Below are positions 8,884 to 18,792 of a stretch of 64,000 nucleotides of DNA, piece after piece; position 1 is the first letter of the stretch, and each line of letters starts with the position of its first letter. A program made the position numbers and the translations under genes. The DNA lies in the sequence record PP968062.1. One strand, 5' to 3'. Below the pieces are notes generated by a model. The model was not told where the DNA came from and did not search any database. It worked only from the letters and a program-made list of their open reading frames with translations.

Positions 8884-11372
8884 TTGATGGTAACGTTTTT
8901 GTTATAGGCTTCGGGTACAGTGATATTAGTCGGGTTAATGACTACAATCTCTGCGTTGTTGAAAGCACCATGAGTGGATTGGAAGTGACTGATAAAAAAC
9001 ACTTGTTTGAATTGACCGTTTTCAATTAGACGAGAAATGAACGGGATTAAGTTTGCGCGGTGTTGTTCATCAAAGGTACGACCAAACTCATCGAGGTACA
9101 ACGGCATGTCTTCCAAACCCAGGAATTTCAGAATAGCCATCTTGAAAGCAAAGTTCACAATCTCAAGTTGGCTATCAGAACCATAGGAAATGTCAGGTGC
9201 CATTACTTGACCACCAGCCACCTTAAGTGGGAAGTTATAGTCAAGTTCTTCTCTTTCTACTTTGGAGGGCAGTACTTCCATTGGGTAGGTCCATACCTCA
9301 TCAATGACCGCATTTACGATGTAAGTAACACCTTGAAGGAAGCCCAGCATATAACGACCCAACAGACCTCCATTAGGGGACAGAGACTTGATTAGAATCC
9401 CAAGGTCACTATGGATTTCAGTTGCGTTAGTTACTTCGTTCTCCAGAGTACGGATAGTCGTTTCACGTTGTTCCATCTGAGTTAGTTGACGAGTAGTTTC
9501 CGCCAGCTTAACTTGAATGGTTCCAATCTCTTCACTGTAAGCACGGTCCAGCAGATACTCAGCGTGACGTTCTACTTTATCAGTCCACATCTCGTAACGA
9601 TCCAGTACGTCATGAATACGTTTGTTGTTACGGAGAATGGATTGCTCACCAGTGCGTAGATCTTGCATGTACTGATTGATATCGGAAGCTTTAACGTACA
9701 TGACGTTGATTTCAGTTTCCAATTCCTCTGCTCGCCGTTTCATATAACCGATAGCGTCTTTGTCAATCTCGGCAATAACCTTAAGACGTTTCTCTACGTT
9801 CTGCGCCAGCGCCAGTTCAGTGCAGGACATTACGTAAGCACGCATTGCAGTATGCCATTGCAATGCATCGGTTTTATGTAGCGCAGGGGTACGGTACATG
9901 ATCATGTTACCACCGCAGTAATCCCAAAGCTCGTTGAATTCAGGATAGTCTTTGGTAAGCGACATGAACTGGAACACATAACTGGAATAGTCTTGGAACT
10001 TCTCCAAATACTCAGCTACTTCTTTCTGTTCAGCTTCAATACGATCAACCGCTTCATGCAGTTTAACCTTAGAAGCTTCCAGGGCTTCTCCTTCTGAAGG
10101 ATCAACCCCTGGTTTGAACTCGTGAGTACAAGATGGACATACAACTGTCTCACAACCTTTCAAACGGTTAAGACGACTATTAACTTGATCGATCTTATCG
10201 TTTACTTGGAAGAGGATATTACGTAGCTCTTTTTGACGTTCTTGTTTCTTTGTGGCTTCTTCACGGTTCATCCAGCCGTCGCCGTTATCCGGGAAGCTAG
10301 TGAGTAGATCAAACCAACGATCGAACATACCATCAAGTTTACAGATTGGGTCAGCACCATTCGTATTGAATTTAACGATTGGGAACTGACCAGTGTAAGC
10401 ACGCATGACCGCCAGATTAGATTCAACATTAGCAAGGTTAGTTGCATGTTGTTGTTTCAGAGCATCGATCTCTTCTTCCGATACTTCTATAGAAGACGGA
10501 GCGTTAGTACGAAGCTTTTCCAGTTCTTCTGCCAGCCGGTTAATAACCGCATTGATCGAAGAGTACTGTTCGGATACACGGTTGAACTCGTTTTGATATT
10601 CGCCGTGGTTAGCTACACGAATAGCAGCCGGTAGCATCGGATAATCTTTCAGACAAGCACGGGCATCATTCAGGATAGATTCCAGTTCTTGCTCAGCTTG
10701 TTGTACATTGGAGAAAGCTGGACGAAGATCGTTTTGCTTCTCTTGGAACAGTTTGTTCAGACGACGAGTAAGACGGGAAGTCTCTTCTCGCATCAGCGTC
10801 ATCTCACTGTCACTAAAGATATCATGGTTCTCAGTGACCAGACGTTTAGTGATAAGATCGATTACACCTTTTTGACTACGGTGTTCTTGTTTGATATCTC
10901 GGTAGATATCTAACGCATAGGTAAGATCCACAGTGGACATACGGGTAAGAATCTCACGGCGTTTAGCCGTGGACATACCAGTGAACTTAATACGACCAGT
11001 TGCGATCTCATGGATCTCACGGGTCAGTCCAAATTCTTGTAGGCAAAGTTCTTCTTGGATTTTGAAAGTACCGCCACTGTTCAGTTCTTCGTTGTTACGA
11101 AGGAACGAGTGACGACCAGTGCCATGTCCATAAACGGAATGCAACACGTAGAGGTTGCCTTGGTGATAGCAATGGAATTCTTTAAAGCCATCTTTATCGA
11201 AGTTTGTATGCCGAGAAGGCAACGGAGTCAGTTCGTCCATAACGGAAGACTTACCGGAACCATTCGACCCCAACATAATCATCATGTTCTTGGTGGGAGT
11301 CCACTCGAAGAATTGAACGTTGGCAGTCATAAGACGTTTGAACTTCTTCAAACGTAGGAGAGTGATTTGCAT
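8880..11372 (-). CDS. sbcC: SbcC/Rad50-like SMC ATPase (phiKZ gp165-like)
   Basis: Walker A GSNGSGKS, long coiled coil, Zn-hook CPSC, degenerate signature, Walker B LYLDE, FISH loop. Confidence 0.95.
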   Translation of the reverse strand: MQITLLRLKKFKRLMTANVQFFEWTPTKNMMIMLGSNGSGKSSVMDELTPLPSRHTNFDKDGFKEFHCYHQGNLYVLHSVYGHGTGRHSFLRNNEELNSGGTFKIQEELCLQEFGLTREIHEIATGRIKFTGMSTAKRREILTRMSTVDLTYALDIYRDIKQEHRSQKGVIDLITKRLVTENHDIFSDSEMTLMREETSRLTRRLNKLFQEKQNDLRPAFSNVQQAEQELESILNDARACLKDYPMLPAAIRVANHGEYQNEFNRVSEQYSSINAVINRLAEELEKLRTNAPSSIEVSEEEIDALKQQHATNLANVESNLAVMRAYTGQFPIVKFNTNGADPICKLDGMFDRWFDLLTSFPDNGDGWMNREEATKKQERQKELRNILFQVNDKIDQVNSRLNRLKGCETVVCPSCTHEFKPGVDPSEGEALEASKVKLHEAVDRIEAEQKEVAEYLEKFQDYSSYVFQFMSLTKDYPEFNELWDYCGGNMIMYRTPALHKTDALQWHTAMRAYVMSCTELALAQNVEKRLKVIAEIDKDAIGYMKRRAEELETEINVMYVKASDINQYMQDLRTGEQSILRNNKRIHDVLDRYEMWTDKVERHAEYLLDRAYSEEIGTIQVKLAETTRQLTQMEQRETTIRTLENEVTNATEIHSDLGILIKSLSPNGGLLGRYMLGFLQGVTYIVNAVIDEVWTYPMEVLPSKVEREELDYNFPLKVAGGQVMAPDISYGSDSQLEIVNFAFKMAILKFLGLEDMPLYLDEFGRTFDEQHRANLIPFISRLIENGQFKQVFFISHFQSTHGAFNNAEIVVINPTNITVPEAYNKNVTIK

Positions 11373-11440
11373 TGGTAAGCCCTTAATATCGTACGTTACC
11401 CTATAGGACTATGGTCACAAGTATTTATTCAGAGGAACCT

Positions 11441-12250
11441 ATGGAAGCTTCAATTTTTAAACTGGTAAGTATTGGTCGTGTAGCAGCAAATAAAGAACGT
11501 GCATCTCGGCATGTAGATGTACTCCCGGTTGAACTGGCGACCGGTACCGATGGTGAGGTAACATTCGATCCTCAGCAAGAAACACTACAAGGCTTTGATG
11601 CTGAAGGTAATCAGTACAACGTCAAAGCAACAACCACACGTACCACTAACTGTGAGTGGTTACCGAATGAAGATAACCGTGTAACACCACCCGATGTACG
11701 TCGTAACGAGATCGTTGAGATCTGGCGTATGGGTGACACTGATCAATATTACTGGCGGAGCATGGGTCTACGGAATAACCTACGTACACTAGAATCCGTT
11801 GTATTTGCCTGGAACGCTTCTCCTAAACCTGGTGGCGCCGGTATTGACTTCTCGTCTTGCTATTTCATGGCTATCTCTGCTCATGACAAGCATTGGACTA
11901 TTGGTACCTCTAAAGCCAACGGTGAAGCTTTTGCTTATACGTTCCAGATCAATACTGATTACGGTGCCGTGTATATCAAAGATGACGTAGGACAGTTGAT
12001 TGAACTCGATTCTAAAGAACGCCGCCTACAATTGAAGAATGCTGATAATAGCTTCTTGAAAGTAGAGCGTCAATGGATCGAGATGTCTGCTGACGATCAC
12101 ATCAAAATGACTGTTGGTGGGACCACGATGGAACTTAAGCCTGCATCCATTGATACGAAGACATCAAACACCACGTTGAATAGTTCTGGTACTCACACAA
12201 CTATAGCTGGTCACATCATCGAACAAACTGGTAGATGGGATATTCTCTAA
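11441..12250 (+). CDS. Baseplate central spike, gp5/VgrG-like (phiKZ gp164-like)
   Basis: N-terminal OB-type region, beta-repeat C-terminus with a terminal His-containing motif, directly followed by a PAAR gene; SD gagga before ATG 11441. Confidence 0.85.
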   Translation: MEASIFKLVSIGRVAANKERASRHVDVLPVELATGTDGEVTFDPQQETLQGFDAEGNQYNVKATTTRTTNCEWLPNEDNRVTPPDVRRNEIVEIWRMGDTDQYYWRSMGLRNNLRTLESVVFAWNASPKPGGAGIDFSSCYFMAISAHDKHWTIGTSKANGEAFAYTFQINTDYGAVYIKDDVGQLIELDSKERRLQLKNADNSFLKVERQWIEMSADDHIKMTVGGTTMELKPASIDTKTSNTTLNSSGTHTTIAGHIIEQTGRWDIL

Positions 12251-12516
12251 TGAGTGGAGTAGCCGTTTGTAATATAGATTCTGCTGGGGGTACGATCCGT
12301 GCCTCTGGTAACTCAACTGGCTTCTATCGTGGACAACCTATTGCTGTACTAGGTGATCCTGTAGATAACCATGGTCGTTCTCCTCACAGTAGTGCACGTA
12401 TGACTCAAGCATCTATTAAAGCTTTTATCAAAGGCGTACCGATTGTTCTCCAGGGAATGTCTGCTAGTTGTGGACACACTGCTACTGGGCGACCGGATGC
12501 GACATGTAATCAATGA
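12250..12516 (+). CDS. PAAR-repeat spike tip protein
   Basis: PIAVLGD..HG..PH, PIVLQG..ASCGH; TAATG overlap with the spike gene. Confidence 0.9.
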   Translation: MSGVAVCNIDSAGGTIRASGNSTGFYRGQPIAVLGDPVDNHGRSPHSSARMTQASIKAFIKGVPIVLQGMSASCGHTATGRPDATCNQ

Positions 12517-12553
12517 CAACATAAAGCCCTCCCGACTGGGAGGGCTTATGCCG
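12517..12553. terminator. Bidirectional hairpin, conserved-flank family
   Basis: caacataaagccctccc-gact-gggagggcttatgccg. Confidence 0.8.
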
Positions 12554-13738
12554 TTAAACGCCTTCAGCTTCGTAATGCTTGATGCAGTGACTAATGAAAG
12601 TCAGATACACGTTAAGCGATACAGCCAACCAGTGAGTATAGAAACCCATGGGTTCAGCGAGCTTCTTCGAAATCTCACCGATGATAGATAGAACAGCGTT
12701 GTAGGATTTACCTGCTGTTTCACCTTGTTCGGCGATCTGACGAATAGCGTCGTCCACAACTACCTTGACCGTGGCAAAGTCCCGCTGACCCGCTTCAGCC
12801 TTCTCTGCAAGAGAAAGGATGCTGGAGATCAACTGGGTGATTTCACTCAATGTGCGGACAGAAGGTACATCGATCTCACGGTCAGAACGGTCAGCTACGT
12901 TAAGCTGGAGTTCTGCGAACTGCATTGTGAACGAACGTCTTACAACATCCTCGTTCGCTACTTTACTATTACCCAGCATCTGAGTGATTACATCAGGCGG
13001 AGTATAGATGAACGCAACGTTGCCCGGTAGGACAACAGAACGATGAACACCTTTCTCGGCAGTAGTCAATTCACGCGCTTGTAGCGGTGCATGACCCGGC
13101 GGAGGAGTAAAGTCACGTTGAAGGATATTTGCAAACGTTTCAACCACTTCACCTGCTACTTCGTTAACACTGGAATCCTTAGATGCTTCCAAGATGTTCA
13201 AGAACGAACGAGAGCTATTCCGAGCAATCTTTGTAACGGATCGGGGGTAATGGTTAAGAATGTAGTTGGTCAGGTCTTTGATGTCGTTCAGGTGGTTGAG
13301 ATCCAACCCCACGAAGTTGCCATCGATAGATAGACGCTGTACACCAGCTACAGACATTTTCTGATAAGTAGTAGCCGAACCCAGTTTACCTAGACGCCGA
13401 CTAATACTTTCTTGGGTACGACGGACACGACGGATGCTACCGGTGAATTTGACGTAGAAAGAGTTAAGCAATTCCCAGATATAGCGGACAATATCACGGG
13501 TAGCTTTCGCAGCCGCGATGATACCTTCTTTAATTGCTCTCAGAGTAATCTTAGAACCTTCTTTGATATCAAAGTCAGGATCGATACTCTCAAGGGCTAC
13601 CGAGATTACCTCAGCAGTAGCCCCTGTTACTTCGTCACGTCCAACCAGCAGATCGCGGTAGCGCTCTAGGGAAGTACTCAGACGTTGGATCTTGTCCAAG
13701 TCAGCCGTTACTTCGTTCCATTGTGCTAGATAGGACAT
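12554..13738 (-). CDS. Head protein, phiKZ internal/minor head family (PF12699-like, gp162/163 position)
   Basis: Short propeptide with SLE and ALE candidate cleavage sites; RLSIDGNFVG and VILPGN motifs shared with the neighbour. Confidence 0.75.
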   Translation of the reverse strand: MSYLAQWNEVTADLDKIQRLSTSLERYRDLLVGRDEVTGATAEVISVALESIDPDFDIKEGSKITLRAIKEGIIAAAKATRDIVRYIWELLNSFYVKFTGSIRRVRRTQESISRRLGKLGSATTYQKMSVAGVQRLSIDGNFVGLDLNHLNDIKDLTNYILNHYPRSVTKIARNSSRSFLNILEASKDSSVNEVAGEVVETFANILQRDFTPPPGHAPLQARELTTAEKGVHRSVVLPGNVAFIYTPPDVITQMLGNSKVANEDVVRRSFTMQFAELQLNVADRSDREIDVPSVRTLSEITQLISSILSLAEKAEAGQRDFATVKVVVDDAIRQIAEQGETAGKSYNAVLSIIGEISKKLAEPMGFYTHWLAVSLNVYLTFISHCIKHYEAEGV

Positions 13739-13749
13739 GTGTTCACCCC

Positions 13750-15510
13750 TTAGGCTTTCTCGCCTTCGATTACATCGCCGTGTTCAGCTTTCAGCATAGC
13801 TTCGAGGATAGCGATCTCGGACTTAACCAGGTTCAGGCAGTAGCCAGTGAACAGATGGTTAGCGTTAGCAGTTTGACGAGCCAGGGTAATGGCAAGCAGA
13901 CTGGAGATAGCGGAGTTATCGTCGCCCGCCAGTATTGCACCGAACAGGAAGCTCGAACCTTTAGAGTTGACGTTCTGAGCCAGTTCGTTCAGTTTGCTAC
14001 GACCTTCAACAGCTGCTTCGATTTTGTTCAGCAGTTGTTCAGTTGCACGGATAACCGATACGGCTTCACCAGCAGACATGGTCTTAACGGATTCAGCACC
14101 ACCATAGCTATCACCACCCGGAATAACCGAGAAGTTGATGTTCACAGCGTTGTTGAAGTTGAACGACTTGTCGTTGTTGTAATCAGTGTTGACACCAACG
14201 AACATTGCGCGGTTACCCGGCAGGATATCGGACATATGTACAGAGGTGCTGTTCAGCATACCGCTCGGTACTTTACCTTTATCACTGGAGTTAACGTTCT
14301 TAAAACCACGGAAGGACTGAGCCAGGATGTCATCGATAGCGTCCAGCATTTCAGCAGCCAGACCAGCTTTAGCACCGAAGTAGTAGCCAGCTTTGCTGTC
14401 GAACTTCTTCAGGATCTCAGAAAGCTTGCTAGGCCAGTTGATCAGAACGATATCGGCAGCATGCTCTACTTTCTTGATAGCTTCAGGGCTATCACCGACG
14501 AATTCTTTACCGATGGACAGACGTTGCAGGCCACCGATCTTGATTTCCTTACCACCATCGAGGACACCGACTTTGCTACGCAGCGAACGCAGGCGTTCTT
14601 TCAGTTTGGTAGCGTCTTGAGTGAAGGAGCGCCAGAAGTCCATCAGAGCATTGAAGATACGCATCAGAACGTTACGAGCAGCTTCCAACAGAGATTTCAT
14701 CTTAGCGGACAGTTTGCTTTCGGTGGCGTCGCGAGCAGAAGTATGCTTATCGCTGTCATCAAGTTCTTCAACCGATACTACAGTTTCACTGAAGAAGTCT
14801 TTGTCGATTTGCTCAAGACCAATACGCATGGTCTCAGCTAGTTCGCTGGTAACTTCGTAGCCGTTCTCGCGCATACCGCGGAGAACACCCAGATAACGCT
14901 CAACAGAAGCCTTGGCGTTTTCGATGTCATCCATGTCGGCGGCGATTTCGTTTACGATAGCGCCCTTGGCATCGGTAGCAGAGGTCAACCCATCGGCGGT
15001 CAGAGCTTCAACAGCTTCGTCGATGTCCTGAACCATATCGTCAGCTTCGCCAACGGATTCGGTTTCACCGGATTCGATGGTATCCAGACCTTCATTGTGC
15101 TCTTCTACAGAAGTAGTAGTAGCAACGTTACCGTCATTAGCAGATACTTCGTCGGGAGAGCCAGCTACATCGCCCAGGCCAGTTTGGTCTACGGCAGTAA
15201 CGTGGTTCTCTACTGTGTCAGAAGCTTGAACACTGGTAACGTCTACAGTCTGAGCAGTACCATCGCCACCACCTTCGGTCGGGCCAGGTTCAGTAGTCTG
15301 AGTGTTGGTTACGGAAGCATCAACTTCATCAGCATCCGGCTTTTCACCTTCATCGCCTTTCAGTTGAGGTTCGAGATCATTTTTGCCTTCCAGATCAACA
15401 TTCTGATCTTGGGCATTGGTGACGGTACCGGTTGCTTTATTCTCGACTTCCTCGGTGATGGATTCGTTCGAGATGCTACGGCACAGATCAAAAAGGTTAG
15501 CGCGAGCCAT
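13750..15510 (-). CDS. Head protein, PF12699-like, with a very long acidic N-terminal region
   Basis: SD ggag before MARANLF; RLSIGKEFVG and ILPGN shared with 12554..13738; about 200 aa D/E/T-rich segment. Confidence 0.75.
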   Translation of the reverse strand: MARANLFDLCRSISNESITEEVENKATGTVTNAQDQNVDLEGKNDLEPQLKGDEGEKPDADEVDASVTNTQTTEPGPTEGGGDGTAQTVDVTSVQASDTVENHVTAVDQTGLGDVAGSPDEVSANDGNVATTTSVEEHNEGLDTIESGETESVGEADDMVQDIDEAVEALTADGLTSATDAKGAIVNEIAADMDDIENAKASVERYLGVLRGMRENGYEVTSELAETMRIGLEQIDKDFFSETVVSVEELDDSDKHTSARDATESKLSAKMKSLLEAARNVLMRIFNALMDFWRSFTQDATKLKERLRSLRSKVGVLDGGKEIKIGGLQRLSIGKEFVGDSPEAIKKVEHAADIVLINWPSKLSEILKKFDSKAGYYFGAKAGLAAEMLDAIDDILAQSFRGFKNVNSSDKGKVPSGMLNSTSVHMSDILPGNRAMFVGVNTDYNNDKSFNFNNAVNINFSVIPGGDSYGGAESVKTMSAGEAVSVIRATEQLLNKIEAAVEGRSKLNELAQNVNSKGSSFLFGAILAGDDNSAISSLLAITLARQTANANHLFTGYCLNLVKSEIAILEAMLKAEHGDVIEGEKA

Positions 15511-15563
15511 TTGTATACTCCACAATTGCGGGGGATTTCGTGAGTTTAAACTACATAAGGTTG

Positions 15564-16193
15564 TTAAGGCAGCAGATTATTATCTCTGATGATTTGCTCA
15601 AGGATAAGGTTCCGTTGCTTCAGTAGTGCGTTGGCATTTTCAAGCTCTACGACACGAGCATAATCGGTCGTACGATTCTTAATCTTACCTTGGCGTGCTG
15701 CTTCACGAGTCTCATGGACTGCTGGAGTAACAGCGTCTGACAAAGGCATAATGCCGAAGTGAATTTGCGGGTTTACGCCAATAACATCGCTAACTGCGTT
15801 TGCGGCAGCAGTTGCGGCTGTATCAAGAATAACGTCGTCTGGTAATGCACCGAGAGACAAAGTCATGATAACTTGGTTATAAGGCTTCGAGCTCAGATCC
15901 GGATAAGACTTGATATAACTCGATGGAACGTAAACCGGAGGATATTTCGGGGACAGCAGTGTTACGATTACATGACCTTGCTGTCGATCTGTTGCTACGC
16001 GAGCCTCATCAATTTTCCAAGGCTTATAATAAAGATCATAAACACTACGACCATTATTTTCTACGTCTTCGAAGTAACGGATAGCACCGCACTCGTAAAG
16101 TTCAGCTTTCTCAAGAACGTTATTAAACGGAGGAAGCAGAACGTATAGCCCCTTAGTACCAATAGGTGGGACCATCATGTTGTTAGTGGCCAT
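15564..16193 (-). CDS. Putative virion structural protein (209 aa)
   Basis: ORF in the structural block with a C-terminal coiled coil. Confidence 0.6.
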   Translation of the reverse strand: MATNNMMVPPIGTKGLYVLLPPFNNVLEKAELYECGAIRYFEDVENNGRSVYDLYYKPWKIDEARVATDRQQGHVIVTLLSPKYPPVYVPSSYIKSYPDLSSKPYNQVIMTLSLGALPDDVILDTAATAAANAVSDVIGVNPQIHFGIMPLSDAVTPAVHETREAARQGKIKNRTTDYARVVELENANALLKQRNLILEQIIRDNNLLP

Positions 16194-16239
16194 GCATCAT
16201 ACTCACTATTGAATTGTCATGTAATTGGCAATGAAAGTA

Positions 16240-16270
16240 AAGAGTGGCTTGAATTACCAAGCCACTTCTT
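16240..16270 (-). terminator. Hairpin terminator
   Basis: agtggctt...aagccact with U/A tracts after 16271..16729. Confidence 0.6.
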
Positions 16271-16729
16271 TTAATACTGACGGTAAATCAATTCAGACAA
16301 CTGCCAGTAATATTTATTACTCCACTTATCAGTGAACAGTGTTACGCGGATAGCTTCACCACTATCAAAATAGTAGTAACCGTTTTGATCCATATACGGA
16401 TATGCTGAACGTAGTCGTTCCAAACTACCACTTGGAGTTTCAAATAGAACAGCACCACCTTGCAATTGCATACCAGTTGGCATGACGATATCACAAGCTG
16501 TTCCAGGAACATAGTTCGCATTGTATTTCAGAACCAAACCTACTCCGTAATCAGCCTGATATCCTTCAGGTTCACTAAGAACGATAATCGTGTTATGATA
16601 CTTAGCGATATCGAGCTTAACTACGTGATAAGTAGATCCGTCATGGTTAGCTTTGTCGGGATAACTCTTCACTACAAGTTGATTAGGAGCTTCGACAAAG
16701 TTCCAACATTCTGTTGGGTTAACAGCCAT
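16271..16729 (-). CDS. Hypothetical beta-rich protein, probable fibre accessory (152 aa)
   Basis: Co-oriented and packed behind the LamG gene. Confidence 0.65.
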   Translation of the reverse strand: MAVNPTECWNFVEAPNQLVVKSYPDKANHDGSTYHVVKLDIAKYHNTIIVLSEPEGYQADYGVGLVLKYNANYVPGTACDIVMPTGMQLQGGAVLFETPSGSLERLRSAYPYMDQNGYYYFDSGEAIRVTLFTDKWSNKYYWQLSELIYRQY

Positions 16730-16736
16730 AGGTCAC

Positions 16737-17159
16737 CTACATGTTACTGTATTCGAAATATGGACCACGTATGATCCAACGAATAACAGGGTTATCGTCT
16801 TCATCTTTCCATACAACTCGAAGAATCTCTACCCCTTGTCCAGGAAGGAAGCCTAATTGGACACCATTACGTTTACCAAGCCAACGTTCAGGTACGTTAA
16901 AGAGAATAGAGCGTTCGGTTCGGTTAAAAACCTTAAAACGAACACGTTGAGTATCAGGCATATCGGGTAGATCTAGATAGAAGAAGAAGCTGTCACCACG
17001 ATTACCGTTTGCTGCGTCTTTGCCATTGAACGTACCACCAGTCAGAATAAGAGTACTATCTAGAATCTCTTTATTCGTGCTAACGATTTCACCACCAGGA
17101 CCATCACGCGAAATATCGAGTGTAATGATAGCTGGCCAGCTTACACACATATCAGCCAT
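16737..17159 (-). CDS. Hypothetical beta-rich protein, probable fibre accessory (140 aa)
   Basis: SD aggag; packed behind the LamG gene. Confidence 0.65.
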   Translation of the reverse strand: MADMCVSWPAIITLDISRDGPGGEIVSTNKEILDSTLILTGGTFNGKDAANGNRGDSFFFYLDLPDMPDTQRVRFKVFNRTERSILFNVPERWLGKRNGVQLGFLPGQGVEILRVVWKDEDDNPVIRWIIRGPYFEYSNM

Positions 17160-17169
17160 TTTAAGCTCC

Positions 17170-18744
17170 TTACACTAGAGTCTCGTATGTACGACCCTGC
17201 CCGCCGTTGTACAGCCAAGCAATCTCTTCAGGTTCCAATGCGCGCCAGCAAAGACCAACTTCATCCGCTGCTCCATTATAGGAAGTGTTACTGAAGATCT
17301 CACCGAATTGCAGTCCGTTATAAGAAGCACTACTTGGAGTAGTAATCTCACGACGGATCATAGGGCCGCCATTGAGAGAGATCTCAAGGTAACGATCTTT
17401 AACTTGGAGTACCAGGAACTGCCATTGCCCATTACCCATACCTTGACCACCAGTAGACACAGTTGTCTCAGCGTCGTTAGCATTTCGGGTAAAGCCGCGC
17501 CATCCATTCGCTGCTTGATACGACAGTCCAAACTTACAACCGTAGTACTGGCCGAACTTACCGAGAGTAAGAACGTATTCTTGTGCAACAGAAGGAGCGT
17601 TGACTTTGAACCAGCCGAACATAGAGATACCACTATTATAACTACCGAAGCTACCTTCGGCGCCAGAAGCTTTAATAATGTTCAGAGCTTTACCGACTTT
17701 ACCGTCAATGGTGTTATCGGAGTTCAAGCCAAAGTTCATACCACCGTGAGAGTCGATAGCGATACCTTCCATAGCGTACCAACTAATCAGGTTATCCTTG
17801 ATCTCACTACCAATGGTCTTACCCTGTATCAAATCACCAGAGATAGCCCATTCCCACTTACTGGTTGCGGTATCCCAACGGATTGCAGTACCACGAACTG
17901 TACCACCTTGTTTAATGGCGATAACGCTCCAATCGGGGAGGTAGTATGTATTACGAGATAAAGCTTCAGGATCGAACGGTAGGTCATGACCAGAGTTATT
18001 CACAATAATCCATTCATGTCCCGGTACTAATACTTCAGAATCATTCTCGTGATATGCTGGCCAGTTCAAAGAAGGAATCTTTTGACCTTCAGGGATAGGC
18101 TCTAGTACATAGACTCGATTACCGTTCTGTTGCACCGTGAAAGAAACATACGAACCTGGGTTACCAAACTGACCGGGAATATAGTTGGAGATGTTACCTT
18201 CGAAGATATGTTCATAGAACTTATCACCGGGTTCTGGATCTGGTCCAGGGGTATTACCGCCAGAGTGAAGCCATAGTACCAATTCACCCGTGAAATAGAT
18301 GGAGTTGTAGACAGACTTCAATAGCCAGTTAGGTCCGACCTTACCACCGGTATAATCGATAGAGGCTTCGGCAGTCCAAGCATCGGTCTTAGTCAAGTTC
18401 AACTTAGACTTCTTGGCTACTTCATTCAGTACAGCTACGGAGGTTTTCATCCCTTGAACTTTCGTTACTTCTTCAGCAGTCCAGTAAGGATTTTTAATGT
18501 AATCGTTGATATTGAACCGATCATAATAGAAATCATAGATCGTATCGTACGACGTACCTTTCTGAATGAAGACCACAGACTGGTTGGGACGTTCTTGCGT
18601 AGCGGCCGGTTGTACGCGCAACACACGTGAGTTACTCTGAGTTAGACCCAGACTAGCGTATCGAGCGTTAATCGCTTTATAAAGCCCAACAAGGGGGTTA
18701 GCCCCTAACGGGTTGTCCGCCAGAGAAATAGAAATTTGACGCAT
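17170..18744 (-). CDS. Virion protein with N-terminal phiKZ-type attachment domain and C-terminal LamG/ConA-like lectin domain
   Basis: N-terminal YYDRFNI motif; PGPDPEPG linker; C-terminal SMFGWFK..WQFLVL..ISLNG..ADEVGL..ALEPEEIAWLYNGG is the LamG pattern. Confidence 0.8.
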   Translation of the reverse strand: MRQISISLADNPLGANPLVGLYKAINARYASLGLTQSNSRVLRVQPAATQERPNQSVVFIQKGTSYDTIYDFYYDRFNINDYIKNPYWTAEEVTKVQGMKTSVAVLNEVAKKSKLNLTKTDAWTAEASIDYTGGKVGPNWLLKSVYNSIYFTGELVLWLHSGGNTPGPDPEPGDKFYEHIFEGNISNYIPGQFGNPGSYVSFTVQQNGNRVYVLEPIPEGQKIPSLNWPAYHENDSEVLVPGHEWIIVNNSGHDLPFDPEALSRNTYYLPDWSVIAIKQGGTVRGTAIRWDTATSKWEWAISGDLIQGKTIGSEIKDNLISWYAMEGIAIDSHGGMNFGLNSDNTIDGKVGKALNIIKASGAEGSFGSYNSGISMFGWFKVNAPSVAQEYVLTLGKFGQYYGCKFGLSYQAANGWRGFTRNANDAETTVSTGGQGMGNGQWQFLVLQVKDRYLEISLNGGPMIRREITTPSSASYNGLQFGEIFSNTSYNGAADEVGLCWRALEPEEIAWLYNGGQGRTYETLV

Positions 18745-18758
18745 GTGTATCCCCTAAA

Positions 18759-18792
18759 TAAAAAGAGAGGGTTTCCCCTCTCTTTTATGTCG
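18759..18792 (-). terminator. Hairpin, conserved-flank family
   Basis: cgacataaaagagagggg-aaa-ccctctcttttt on the - strand. Confidence 0.7.

Noticed and set aside
12269-12276. TATATTAC match on the - strand inside the PAAR gene
   Set aside because: Inside a coding region, lacks the AT-rich upstream element and has no downstream gene; probably chance.
13723-14841. 372-aa + strand ORF, and similar ones at 6254..7192, 28548..29417 and 58417..59340
   Set aside because: All are antisense to well-supported codon-biased genes and show typical shadow composition.
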